From: Kudoa neothunni | Lineage: Eukaryota > Animalia > Cnidaria | DNA: 64,000 bases | Direction: 5' to 3' | NCBI GenBank assembly: GCA_964304625.1 | Contig: OZ199839.1 | Location: forward strand, 6,824,234 to 6,888,233 | Shown here: positions 14,092 through 27,329 of the stretch, piece after piece | How the letters are laid out: each line of letters starts with the position of its first letter | Numbering within the stretch: the first letter of the stretch is position 1 | Made by a program: the position numbers and the translations under genes | The notes under the pieces: model-generated | Told to the model about the DNA's origin: nothing | The model's database searches: none | The model's input: only the letters and a program-made list of their open reading frames with translations

Positions 14092-15349
14092 ATGAATAAT
14101 TCAAAATTAACATCAGATAATGACCTAGACAAATGGTTAATTAAGGATTGTGTGGGGTTCACCTTTGTCACAGTCCACCCATATGTTGATGCTTTACGGC
14201 ATAGGATGCATGTTTTATTTTCATCTATTGCCATTGGATGCCAATATGATGAATGTGCTGTTTTTTGTGTTTGTTATTTGTGGTGTATACGTTTGGTGTT
14301 TTGAGTCATCGAAAGGCGATGATAACAAACCCAGTAGATTTTTCTCTCGTTTATCTATTTGTATCCTGATTAAAGGGAGCATTGCCGATGAACACGTTCA
14401 ATTTGAATGATTATTCACCCTCAAATATTCCTAAATTTTTGCTCGAAGTGTAGCTGTGTAAAAAATACCTCATAGTCATCATTGCCGGTAAATTTAATTT
14501 AATTCATCATTTTTAAATTTCCATTTATAGTGTATGTCAAAGATGTATAAAGTAAAGTTATTTAGTCGATTTTAGTCAACTAAATTTATTTAATCCATAG
14601 AAAGATGGATCATCATTGTCCTTGGTATAATATTTCATAATGGGACGTTTTAAAATTTGAAATTATCACATTTTAGGATAAATAATTGTGTTGGGGAAAA
14701 TAATTTGAATTTTTCCTTCTTTTTTGTGTAATTTATTTGCTACCATGACAAATAACTATTTACAACAACGACAATAATTAATATTATTATTATTATAAAT
14801 AAATTATTAATACGATATTGTTTAGTTGTATATTTTTTCTAATGTCCGTAACAAACACTAACCTATTTGACAATCAAACTTGTCACTATTTCTGAACTCG
14901 AAACAGGTGGCCGCTAAGATAAAGAACACATTTTAATTTTTTATCGTAGATTCAGTCAGTATTGATCCAAAGTCGATTATTTGTACATGTATATTGGCCG
15001 TAGAAGCCTTTGTATTCGCATTTTTTACATTGATGATGATCATAACACAGTTAATTAATGTTTTTCAAAAATACCACGGTATGTAGTTGAATGAGAATTT
15101 ATTGATAAAGTCTCGTTCATATTTAGTCGATTGGAAAGTTGAAAAAAGAATATTTTATTCGTGGCAATAAAACAAAGTAACCAATTACTATTCGCAATTA
15201 ATCGTTAGACCTTCTATTATATTATATTTTTTAGATTTCAAAAACTAACGGACCTTTTCGGGGAACCAATTTCTTACAGATGGTTACTGCCTGTTGATCC
15301 CCCAACATCAACCAAATATAACCAACACATTTCCCCGCTAACTGTGTAA
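14092..15349 (+). CDS. ZDHHC3: DHHC palmitoyltransferase, ZDHHC3/7-like (multi-exon; several single-base indels)
   Basis: Spliced and frame-corrected: WLIKD..., LSHRKAMITNP|GALP, CSKCSCVKIPHSHHCR|VCQRCIK|KMDHHCPW|INNCVGENN, EAFVFAFFTLMMIITQ..NTT, LFGEPISYRWLLP...PLTV*. Confidence 0.88.
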
Positions 15350-15566
15350 TTTTGTCGTCCAACCCATTATATATTTTTTAATTTTTTTATTGACCAATAT
15401 TTTACTGTTTCTTTTGCGCATGTGGTATCCTTAAATCCTTACTGTTAATTGTTAATTGTTAACTGTTAACTGATAACTGAAGTTAGAGGTGGTGATTATC
15501 ATTCGCTGCACATAAGACTACTCCAATTTCATAACACATTAAAGATATTTTCGAGAGAGATTAAAA

Positions 15567-16092
15567 TTAATTGAAAGTATATCCTTCATTATTATTTGAA
15601 GCGATTGATTGGGAACGGATGTATTTTGGTTCGAGGATCCTTGAGGCGTGTTCATTAGCGACACACTTTGAAAGTGCATCAGCCAACTGTTGACACATGG
15701 AACCATCCCCGTACTCTTGTGTGCATTTCACAAAATCTGTGAGTTGAGTCGAGCATGCATTGGCAGCTGGAGTTGATTGGTTTGTGTTTTGATTATCGGC
15801 AGCCATCTCTCGTAGAACTGCATTTTCTCCCCGCCAATCTTCCCATCGAGCTTCCCTACATATTTTTTTTTTAAATACCAACAATATCATATGGGCTAAT
15901 ACCATCATGTAAAAAGCCCATATTCTGCAAACCGGACAGAATACCACCCATTATCGATGGTTTAGTTGTGGGAGTTGTTGCGGGAAGTGCTGTATTGTTT
16001 TTGGATGATGGTGTGTTCACTGGTGTTGCTTTTTGCAATTTAGGAGTCGATCTGACTCTTCTTGCGCCCATCCCACCTCTACGTCTTGCCAT
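15567..16092 (-). CDS. CHCHD2: CHCHD2/CHCHD10-like mitochondrial intermembrane-space twin CX9C protein
   Basis: Arg-rich N-terminus MARRRGGMGARRVRS, P/T-rich linker, Gly-rich helix (GFYMM|GSSMGRLAG after intron ~15856-15902 and two +1 corrections), twin CX9C: C-STQLTDFVK-C...C-QQLADALSK-C. Confidence 0.8.
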
Positions 16093-17441
16093 TTTTCAAC
16101 CTTATCTTAACGCAGGCGTATTTTAATCCTTTATCAAAAACAAATTTATTTGAAGTTTGTAATTTTTGATATTTTTTATAATTTGCCGCTTAATTTATTC
16201 GGCCGACTTTAAACAATAACATATACTGGAATATATTGTGATTTGAAACAAAAATGTCTTAAGTTGTAAATAATCGGTAGCTTAACGAAAATTGTCGGAA
16301 ATTCAAAAAAGATTAGACCATTCTAATCTCATGAACTTTTATAGAACCTGTGAGTGTATTTTTCGATTGTTCAATAGTAACAGCTTACGTATAGAATATT
16401 TCATGTGGAAAATATGTGTTATTATTTATCTAGTCGTAATATACAATAAGGGAATTGATGAATTATCGTTATTTCAATTCAGATGAGAAGTGTGTTCAAT
16501 GCTTCAATACTATTTACTCTAACAACTTTAAATGCAATTTTTTACGTTGGTGGGAATTGATTTAGCTTGCATATTGATCGGGCCGAGAGGATTAATTAAT
16601 TAATCCGCTCAACTATAATTCACACAGATATATTGACATTGAGTTCGAAAGTTTATTAAAAATATTAAATTAAATTATTATTGTTATTTAATATTGTTAA
16701 TTATTATTGTTAATTATTACAATTATTATTTATTATTATGGGTAGGTCGTTGACGTAATGATTTTTTGGAATAGAGAAGTTAACTTTGTGATAGAGAGGA
16801 TCTCAATTTTAGTAAGGATTCTAAATGAACCAGTAATCATTAATATGAATTTTCTAGTAATAATAAAATATTTTATGATTAAAGAATTAATGGATTTATA
16901 GTTTCGAAGATAAATTGAAATTTGTGTAATATCATGATATCATGATGCAAGATACTTATAAAATTGTTTTATAGCGAATAAAAATTAAATTATAAGTATT
17001 ATGGCTAAATTTTTACGGATAGATAAAGTCGATAATAAAAGTGAAATTTAAGATTTAGCAATAAAAAGTCGATTACACTTTTTGAATATAATATTTTAAA
17101 TAAACTTATTTGTAAAATTGTGTAATTACACATTGGGCAGCTTAAATATCTAATGTTACTTTCGTTGTTGCTTAACTAATGAAAAAAAAATTGAATAAAA
17201 AATGAGCTGGTTTAATTCCGTGTGTCAGTTTAAATGTAAACCATTCTTTGAACTAACCATAAATTCTTACATTATCTGTAATGCTTTCGTAATAGAATAT
17301 ATTATTTACAAAAAATAAAACTTATTAAAATAGCTGATGGGTTATATTAGGTATCGCTAACCAATTATTACACTAGAAATCTTCATACTGGTATATTTAT
17401 TAGCCTTTGACTGAAATAACACTCAACTATTATATATTTAT

Positions 17442-17866
17442 AGAAAATGGCTATCGACATGATAAATAATATTTCGGTGAAACTAGTTGTAACTATATTT
17501 AAATATTCCTGATACTTATGAGCGAATCGGTGGACCAGAATTAATTAAATATAACAGATTTATAAAAAATAAATCTGTATATGACGTTTGAGGAGATTTT
17601 GGGATTAAACAATTAGAAGAGGTGACGGACACGGTAAAATCTTATCCTAAATGGAATGTATTATGTATGTATTATGTATGTGTATAATATAAATTTTTAA
17701 TTTTAAAAACTCTTACTAAAATGCTTTCTAAAGATATAATTTTTTTAGAATCTGCCGTATTTGATTATTTCTGGCTATTAAGAGAAAAGCGGTGCACGGG
17801 ATATAACAAGGTGTAAGCTAAACTAGCGTCATCAAAATATTATTTACCGGACCAATAGCCAATTCC
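17442..17866. mobile_element. Degenerate TIR element/MITE (Merlin- or MULE-like ends)
   Basis: Left gaaaatggctatcgacatgataaataata is an imperfect inverse of right tattatttaccggaccaatagccaattcc; a similar right end recurs at ~22061-22089. Confidence 0.45.
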
Positions 17867-18293
17867 TAAAAATTCTCATTACTTGAATGTACAGGTGTTT
17901 TAGAATTGTAATTTAACGTGTCAACAGGCCTCGAGTTTTTGATATGAATATCTTATAGGATTCTGATATTCCTCTGAGAATCCAGATATCTAGAATGCGT
18001 ATTGTGAAATACTTGGATATATCAAATTATACCTCAATATATATAATGAAAACGTAATAATATATTACAATTTTTAAATAAAATAATTTTTTTTTAAATA
18101 AGGTAAATTATAGATCCTAATTATTTTCTGTTATTTTACACTTTAAATAGAAAGATAATCAACAAAAATAATTTTAAATTATATAATTAATTACTTTAAT
18201 ACATCTAATTTAGATATTTCAATACTCTTACTCCCGTATTCTTAATAATTCATTATAAATATGATATTAGATTTTAAGATAAACAATTATATT

Positions 18294-18410
18294 TGTAACA
18301 ATACTACGCGTACATTAAACAGGGAGCGGCGGCTCCGTTGAACCACTAATAACCTATATAGTATTGAGTCATATTGGTACATTTATTCAGTGAGTATCTA
18401 TTCGCTATAA
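18294..18410. repeat. Dispersed ~120-bp repeat, copy 1 (copy 2 at 59872-60001)
   Basis: tgtaacaatactacgcgtacattaa...gagcggc.gctc...cactaataacctatatagtatt...tttattcagtgagtatctattcgctata at both sites. Confidence 0.8.
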
Positions 18411-19455
18411 TATTAAATATAAATAATAATTATAAACTAAATAGTAAAATTAGTTTTTCAAAATTAAAATAATAATTTCTTGACACACCACAATTAGTTG
18501 CATCGCCCAAAATTTTTATCTATTTTAGTATTATAAATGTCGTTTTTATCCAGCTTCGATATATATCGGAATCATAATTATATAGTCAAAGAATATTACA
18601 ACAAAATTCAATTGAATGTCGAACTGATTGTAGATATTAGAAAACAATCGTCTAAATATATCCTTTTAATACAGAAAAGGAGAGCCACTTAAAATTCTTA
18701 CCTCTAGCTTCTAAAATTAATGTCATACCAAGATTCTTTATCGAGAAAATTGTAAGAGCAGTTATGTTTATGCTCTCATTTTTAGGGCCCATGTTTTAAC
18801 ACTGTCTCATAATTTAAAGCCGCTTTTAGACAAATTAATATTTTTTAGAATATATACAAAGTTCTATATTACAAAATTACAGGTTGTTTTAGTATTCATT
18901 TAAGTCTGATTTATTTTTTGAAAATGATTATTATTTTTTTTTAATTATTATTATGCAAATATATCACTCATAGGATTAATTCAATATATTAATAGTGTTA
19001 CTGTGAATGAAACACCTAATCGTTTAGAAATACGTATCTTACCGAAAAATTATTTTCTAAAAAATTAATTATATCCCATATATTTATAGGTTTTAAAGAA
19101 TTTCAACAATAAGTAATATAACTATAGTTCTGATTTAATAATTGAAATTTATGATTTATAGTAAATTGATAGGTATTTTTAATTACTGATTTAGTTTTTA
19201 TATTAAGTTTCTTATATTTTTAAACAAATAATAAAAATAATTTAACACAGTCATAAGACTATCGTATAATTTAAATTTCCAAATATTATATTCAACATCA
19301 ATAAATTTTTCCTAGCACAACATTCAATCATGTGTTAACTAATTAATTTTTCCTAGCACAACATAAAGATTTTACAATAATCATATTAAGTTGAACGGGG
19401 ATAAAATTGAGTTAATCTTCTGCCAGTCGTCTAATTAGGATTTGTGGATCGTCTG

Positions 19456-19957
19456 ATGTTTCTTTTATCATTAATTTTTCTATTTATTGGTATGTAAATT
19501 AGAGAATATGGAAGTTTTTTTGTACAAAAATTCGAGGTTTCCTCATGGTCAATGGCACACCCTATTCTTCCATTGGATATAAGTGAAAAATTAACTGAAC
19601 CGGATTCTCTAACAAATGTACACATGATTACAGAGTGCAGAAAAAAGAGTGGTGTAATATGTGAAATCTGCACAGTATATGGGAAATACAAATTTTTTAT
19701 TCTTAATTCTTCCTGCTCATAGAAAGCAGAAGAAATCATGGAAATTATCTAAAAAGTTAGGACCTATGGAGGAAAATTTTGTCATTATGCACATTCGCAG
19801 GACCACACACACCATTGGTATGCATAACAGTTGTGTTTGGTGTATATTAATTGGTTGTAGTGCTTGGTTATAGTTGAAATAGCTATCAAAGCAACTAGAA
19901 AATTGAAAAAATTTTACTTCGACCGAAGACTTCTGTCATCATTTTTGCCCAAAATAA
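19456..19957 (+). CDS. Saposin-like protein A (frameshifted: pseudogene or consensus errors)
   Basis: Same four-exon layout as the intact paralogs: MFLLSLIFLFI|G..., GVICEICT|, ...LCTFAGPHTPL|CLVIVE...EDFCHHFCPK*; needs several frame corrections. Confidence 0.7.
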
Positions 19958-20770
19958 ATCTATAAAAATATTTTAAATGAATATAGATTAACTTATTAAA
20001 TTTCTCTAATAGAATATACGTATTAAAATCATTTTCAATAGATTTCTTTTTCGAGGAGAGTTTAACTATAAGTTACTATAACGTGTAGTGTAGTTAGAAT
20101 ATGAGCTAATTTAACTCAAGTAGATATGTATAAAATGAAATTATGGATTTTTTTTAAGTCAGAGCAAACAATATTCATACTTGGGGGTCAGCGAGCGAAC
20201 AAGACCATTTTATTGTGTTTATCGTAAAGACTATACAGAATATCAACAATGCTAGATGTTCAGCATCTCCAAATATAATTAGTTAAATATTTAAATAAAA
20301 CTAATATAATGAGCTTTATGTAGGATCTTAAACACAAATTAAGGATTGAAAGAATCGATATGACGATTCAAATAAAATGATTTAGACTCGTATTTTTTTT
20401 AAATGATTATCGATAAATTACGAATTATACGATTACTTGGGTGAACAATACAAATTCACTAAGATATCTTATATTTATTGTTATTTGATAATATTTTTAT
20501 TAAATTAATTTTTTCAATTATAATTATTCGTAAAAATATTAATCAAAGAGACAATTATTTTTAGTAGTCTAAAAAAAATTCAGCAAAAATTAATTTTTTA
20601 TATGACAATCACAATAACAATATAAAATTCATCGATATTACATTAAATTTTGTTATCTAGAAAATTTTTTATACAATTGATTATTCCCATGTGATAAGAT
20701 ATTACAAGTAATCATATATAAATAGAATTAATTTTTTGTTAACTGCCAGTTAATCTGCAACTTTGAGTCT

Positions 20771-21310
20771 ATGGGTGGGTATTCACTTGTTATTAGCCGT
20801 TTTTCTTCTTTTTGTTGGTGATTATTTATTATAATTGAACATTGTTAATGAATTCGTTTCAGCTTCTACCACAAGCATTCCCAACTTATCATCCACTCGA
20901 TCCCTTGTCTGGCTATGAGAAAGTAAACTCAATGACCAATAGACTTGGTGAGCATCAAAGAACTATAAAGCGAAAGAAAGGAATGTTTTGTGAAACTGTG
21001 TTCAGTAAACATTAATTGTATACTAAACTTATCTGACCGATATTTCGTTAGAAAGTTGAAGAAATAATAAAATTTGCCTCAGTAATTGGTCCCAAAGAGG
21101 AATATTTTGAATCCTGTTTGCAAATATGCAGGTTCACATCAAGAAATGGTATATCTGCACTTGGTCATGCTTATTTTTATAGTTTGTAGTGCAAGCTATT
21201 TGTGGAGGCAACATATGAGGGCTATCGAAAAATTTTCACATGGCGATAAAACTAACGATATTTGCCGCCTTTTTTGTGGACAACTAATTCAAAAGCCTCC
21301 AAATATTTAA
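20771..21310 (+). CDS. Saposin-like protein B (closest to C; five apparent +1 insertions)
   Basis: Corrected: ...KRKKGMFCELCS|KVEEIIKFASVIGPKEEYFESVCKYAGSHQEM|CKLFVEATYEGYRKFSHGDKTNDICRLFCGQ...; intron positions identical to C. Confidence 0.75.
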
Positions 21311-21932
21311 TCCCTCATAGGATCGAAAAAATTACCTTAATTATCGTATATTCTAGTCGTTGTCCTAATATTATAGTATTTGTTTGATCGCCATTAGAAA
21401 ATGAAAAAACTAGTGGATAAAATTTATTCTGAATGGGTTTGTTTTTTTTAGACTTTAAAAATGCAATACATATATAATATTTATTTATAATCCGGAATTA
21501 TTCTGGGAAATTTTGTGACTCTTGCACATATATTTAAAGATTCGATATATATATAAATTAAAATCCCTCCCAATTCCCATCTTTGAAATGATAATAATTA
21601 CATCTTAAAAAATTGTTTTAAGAATAATTGCACTTATAAAATTTAATTAAATATTTTTTTAATTAATGGCTATTATTTTATTATAGTAAAATGACTAACC
21701 AATGAAATTTACGAACATGACCAAAAAGAACACTCAAATATATCACAATACGCTACGATACGAATACCAAATACTGGTGCCTGCCAAATAACCTGTGTGA
21801 ACAAAATTTAGGAATAAATAGTAGTTTAAATTAATGAGTTGTCACTCAAGAATACATTATTTCTTTTAAGATACTTTTTTATGTAACTTATTAAATTGTA
21901 GCCAGCAATAATTTAGTGACATATATTCAATA

Positions 21933-22089
21933 AAGTCGAGACTATTGGCACAGTAAAATTTAATCCTTAATGGCATGTACGCTTGCACGCCAGAAATTTT
22001 TAATCTCAGAAACTCTAATTACAAGCTATATGGAGATTTTATTTTTTAATATCTCCTAAATATTATTTACCGTGCCAATAGCCACATCC
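21933..22089. mobile_element. Short MITE
   Basis: Inverted ends ctattggcacagtaaa / tttaccgtgccaatag; same end family as 17442-17866. Confidence 0.5.
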
Positions 22090-22095
22090 TTTTAA

Positions 22096-23561
22096 CCTTC
22101 CGAGTGCATTGGGATCATATAAGACCGCAGAGTATAGTGTAATGTATGTTTAATTTATTATTTACAGTTGAAAGAGCCTGATATTATATCTATTCTCCTA
22201 ATAACAAATTCTTAATATAATGCAAGAATAAAGTTTTTAATTATCTAAATTAATAAAGGAATATGCGTACTTTTTACATGTAATGCTTTCGGGGTCATAT
22301 ATGAACACAGTGTTTTTTTCCATCAAATAATGCATAAAACTTGCAAGTACCATAACCCAAAGTTATATAGAATTCTATCGATAAAATAAGGAAGAAATGG
22401 GAAAAAACCTTTCCCGAATTCATGCGAGTGACAACGAAGTGGATTAGCTTAGAATGTCGGACTATTTTGACGAAGAATATTTCACTGATTTTAAGAGTTA
22501 CTACGGTGAAATTTTCAATTCTACTCAATATTGTGATCCTGGGTCAGATTCATCTGATTCTAATTCTGATAATTTGTCATTAATTGAACTTTGCATTACG
22601 ACAAATATAATGCAGTATGGGGGCAGTATTTCCTAACACAATAACCACGACACATCTATGAGATGTGGAAGAATTTTTGAACACTTAATGAACAGCTCTA
22701 ACGGGACGTCGATAATCCTGAGCATTGAGGTGACATGGATAATGGTGAAATAATTGGACAGTGTGGCACACAATGAAATCAATACCTCGATTTTTGATAT
22801 AGATTATTTTTAAATGACTATTTATATCATGAAATAATACCAATCACAACGAATAATTACATAAATATAAATAATAACATTTAACATTGTCTCTACTCGA
22901 AAAGAATCGAGATGGTTTAATCTCAATCATTTCCCATTTATAACCGTGATCTCCCATATATTTGATTTTATTTAATGTAGTATTGATCATTTTCTATCAA
23001 GATTATTTATTTTCTTTTTATAACCTCCGTATACATTAAAGTTTTGCTTGAAGTGGGTTGGATTATCACGAGTTTCATTTCGCGCTGTTTTTGACGAAGT
23101 GAAGAATTAAGAAGCGAATTTTAAAGGTCAATCGATAAATTAAGGTAGATCTGACCGATTAAATTTAATTTCAATGCGCAAAGAAGTGTGTATTAATTGT
23201 TTTCATATTTTAATGCGACAGGAAGTTTGATTGACAGTTGTAAAACTAATACTTTTGTAAAAGGCGGGAAATAGATCTTTTTTCAGTAAAAATTAGGGCG
23301 CGATGGAAAAAAGGTTGGGAAACACCGAACTATACTTTCTTGGTTATTAGTCTAATCGTTCTGGTTGATATACTTATGTTTTTTGGCATATGTAATTTGT
23401 TTAATTTAGTCGCACACTGTTCGTCATGATATTTTAAATGCTAGCATTTTTAAATAACTTATTACAACATTAATGGTATTACAATTATTTTATCCAAATA
23501 ATATACACATTATTTACTACATTGGTAAAAACTTAATTTTACTAAAATGAACTTATTTTCA

Positions 23562-23603
<42 letters not shown>

Positions 23604-23909
23604 GTATATAGTATAGGTTTATTTAACATTTGGCTAATGTGTGTTACAAAATAATCAAATAAACTATAAATAAAGGAAAATTTGAATAATTACAGACAAA
23701 TTGATCTTCTAACTGAGATCGGATCTAATCGTATCTTCTCGTGTTATATGTTTTTTCGAAATTCGGTATGAATTTGTCGATAGATTTCTTTTAAATTTAA
23801 CTAGAAAGTTTTTCAATATACTTAAATTAAAATAATGCCAGAAAATCGTAGGGTCATGTATGACCCCAAAAGCACCAAATGTATAGTAATTTTCGGAGCA
23901 CACGGAAGG
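22096..23909 (+). mobile_element. Non-autonomous piggyBac-like element containing a hAT-like end (~23285-23330) and a (TA)n tract
   Basis: TTAA|ccttccgagtgc ... gcacacggaagg|TTAA; subterminal gggatcatataagacc / gggtcatgtatgacccc; acidic ORF 22454-22636 resembles a piggyBac N-terminus. Confidence 0.75.
23564..23596. repeat. (TA)n microsatellite
   Basis: Uninterrupted TA dinucleotide run. Confidence 0.9.
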
Positions 23910-24299
23910 TTAATAATATAAAAAAAATAATGCCGATTAAATCCAATATTTAATCAATTTAACTTTCAGTTACTTCACGGAATAAGGTAAACTACCTCTC
24001 AACTTTGTATTAATATATTTTGAGGGTTAAAATGCAGAATAGTGGCCTAATTTTCAGATTATAAATTATAAATGGTTCGAATATTAATCCTATATTTTTA
24101 AACCCAGATTAGCGTTATATTTATGCCATAATTTTTGCCAGGAATGACTTATAATCATTCAATATATTAATTTTGATATTTGATGTTATGCATTCGCTAC
24201 AATTGAACACTTGATGCTTGCATAAAATACGAATTCCTTTTTCTTATAGACATAGATTTAATAATTGGCAATCGCTAAGGATGAAATATTACAATATAA

Positions 24300-24760
24300 C
24301 AAAATTAAATTAGAGTTATCCGACTTAAATTCTACAACACATAAGGCAAGCTTTACATGAGTCAATTTAATTGGTGGTATAGTCTGTCGAAATAATCGTG
24401 ACGGATAAGGAATTCTCCGCATTAATAGATTACTGCAAATGCTAGTTTGATGACAAATAGCGGCTGCTGAAAGTACCCCACCGAAGACGCAACCTTGATC
24501 AATACTGATTATTAACATATTCAACAGGTTCGTTTTTGTACGTTGTCGCTGATTTAGATTACGGCCACCATGATACATTTTTATCCTCATTAAATTTTCT
24601 AAAAGCATTATTAGATAAAATAAAGGTCTCTAAATTAAATCATAACCATCAAAAATGTAGTCTTTATCACAGTGAAAAATAAATAAATAAATAAAACAAT
24701 TAGGTATGCAGTTGATTCAGCCTTTCTAATGACTTCTATATTATATAATACCTGGAGAAT
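24300..24760 (-). mobile_element. Possible decayed gypsy reverse transcriptase remnant
   Basis: LIISIDQG..FGGVLSAAAICHQ resembles the RT motif TINTHQG...PFGVSSAPAIFQ; no LTRs seen. Confidence 0.35.
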
Positions 24761-24967
24761 GCTGACGTGTTCATATACATTAAAAGGTGATTTTTTACAA
24801 TGGATAACGATAATTCCAAATTTACAGCGAATTATTTAATTTTTATGATTCGAACTATTCAGTCAGGTTCAATAAGAATTTTACAACTATATAAAAAAAT
24901 TTTTCTACTTCTAATAATTTTCTCTCTACTATAAGTGATTATAAAAGGGAATTATTGTTAGGATTAA

Positions 24968-25741
24968 CCCTTAATGGATCATTACCTTGGGTTCCACGAG
25001 CCCACCCACCTACTAAATTGTGTTTATGACCCACAAAAATTCATGAGTTTAAACCCAGATTTCACGTAAATTAATAAAAAAAATTTTTTATTGGAGATCG
25101 TTTGAACTTTCTTTTAATTTAAAATTTATTTTTTATTTAATTCAGTTTTTTGATCAATTTTAGTAATAAAATGCAGTCATTAATTACAAGTGTAATATTT
25201 TGTTTTTTTATTTAATTTCAAACTCATTTTTGAAAGTTAATCAAAATTCCTTCTGATCATGAAAGTATTTCATCGAGCGAAGTACACAATTCTAGCCAAA
25301 ATAATGCGTTAAATGGGAGTTCTGAAGATGATTTGGGTATATCCTTGATAAAATATGAACAGAATAGGAGATTTAAAAATACTAAAATTTCTTTCCAGCC
25401 GACTATAAAGCGTTCAATGCAAATCGTAGGATATGATTTCGATATTCACTACGAAAAAAGTGATGACAACGATGATAATAATAGAAGGCTGTGTTATCTT
25501 TGTCCATCCAATGTCGTACACAGGAGTAAACAGGTTTGTTGTCAATTTCATAAGAGCGACTTTACCGAACATTCTTTAAAAAAATTACTTTTTGTAATTC
25601 TACGTAATAAAATGTGTCTTATTTTTGTTAGGCCTTCCAAAGCAATATAGTTTAAATGTTAATCGCGCTAATAACAATATTTAAGTAATTTAAGCCCAGA
25701 TTTGTTCTTGGCGTGAGTCCAAAAAAATGCTCCATTAAGAG
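24968..25741 (+). mobile_element. piggyBac internal-deletion derivative
   Basis: TTAA|cccttaatggatcatt ... aatgctccattaagag|TTAA; retains C-terminal Cys-rich remnant RRLCYLCPSNVVHRSKQVCCQFHK...EH. Confidence 0.8.
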
Positions 25742-26170
25742 TTAATCGAATATTTGGTATAATATTTTTGCGAATAAAAATTTAATTATCAATTATAATA
25801 TCAATATCAATATTATTCCGGTAATTATCGAGCAATTACGATATATATTAAATGTTTTAATTAAAAAATAATAATCTTATTACTTATTTTTTAAATCTGA
25901 TTTTAAATTATTTGAAATAATAATTGAAATCATGGAAATTTATGGAATAGAAAAATAGAAAAAATTTTTTTATATCTTTTTCATTTATAACCCTATCTAT
26001 TTTAGCTAATGTGGTTATATATAATGTAATCATGTAGAAATTTATAACATTTGTTATCTGTAAGATTAACTATAATTTATTATCTACAAGTTATTAACGT
26101 GTTCCGAATAATCATATTATACATAGTATTAGTTTTAGTTGGCCGCCCGGTAATCTTTGAGTTTTATTCT

Positions 26171-26681
26171 ATGGCTAGGTACATGTTTTCTTCGATTGCG
26201 TTCCTTCTCTTTGTTGGTACCTCTAGATTATAATTGAATATTTTTAATGAAAGTAGTCTCAGCTTCTACCGCTAGCACCTCTAATCTTACAAATGATCAC
26301 CTCAACACCTACGAGAGAGTAAATGCTATGGTGGATAATTTTAATGAAAGATCAAACGATGTTGACCATAAGAAGGGTATGTTGTGCAAACTATGTTCTG
26401 TAAGCTGGGATTCTGATTCTTTTAAATTATCTTTCAAATTATTTTAGAAAATCGATGAAATAATAAAATTTATTTCAATATTTGGTCTAAATGAAGAGAA
26501 TGTTGAATCTGTTTGCAAAGTTGTACCATCACACGAAGATAAAGTACATCTTCATTTGTTTTTAAATTTCACTGAATCCTTATAGTGCAAGTTGATTATT
26601 GAAACAGCTTATGAATTTTACAAGAAAGACGAGAAAGATGGCACAGTTAAAGAGGCGTGTCTTTATTTATGTGGAGAATAA
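26171..26681 (+). CDS. Secreted saposin-like protein C (signal + propeptide + SapB domain), intact
   Basis: Exons 26171-26216, 26263-26399, 26448-26543, 26586-26681: MARYMFSSIAFLLFVAS...KKGMLCKLCSKIDEIIKFISIFGLNEENVESVCKVVPSHEDKCKLIIETAYEFYKKDEKDGTVKEACLYLCGE*; six Cys in saposin order. Confidence 0.88.
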
Positions 26682-27329
26682 TTCTAATCTCGAACTGATT
26701 ATTGAATTCCCATGGAATTAATTACTACTAGTCTAATTGATAAAATTCGTTATATTGTTATAGTACTTACGGAGCGGAGTTATCTGTGTTTTTTTGTAGC
26801 TCTTGAAGCTGGATATTCAAATAATATTATTTATGATAAATATTTGACGACTGAACTTAGTTTATATATTCGTATTCAGAATGCAGCGCAATATAAATTG
26901 GCCAATATAATTTTTTTATAATATCATCTAATTAATTTCTACTATTTCACCTGTGGTCCATGTATTGAGTTTTTAATTAGGCGAGATTTAAAAAGTTTTA
27001 TTCAAAAAAATAAGATCCTCGGAAATTATAATAATATTTCTTATATGACTAAATCATAAATTATGAATATTGTTAATTATTAGATATTTATTATTACTAA
27101 ATGCGACGTATACTTAATTACAAAAATTTATACGGAAGTTCACCAAGGTAACAAACTTTTTTTCCATTATCTTTTAAACAACATTATAGATAAAAATACC
27201 TTTTGATAATTGGATTTTGATTAAAAATTGTATCAAACATAAAGAAAATTCAAGTATGTAAAATAAATGATACTTTAATTCAATTTTATTGACTTAATAA
27301 TTAATCACTTTTGTGAAATTATCTAAAAT

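Noticed and set aside
19300-19365. Direct repeat aatttttcctagcacaacat x2, and CRISPR-like arrays in general
   Set aside because: Only two units in eukaryotic DNA; no repeat-spacer array or cas genes anywhere in the window.
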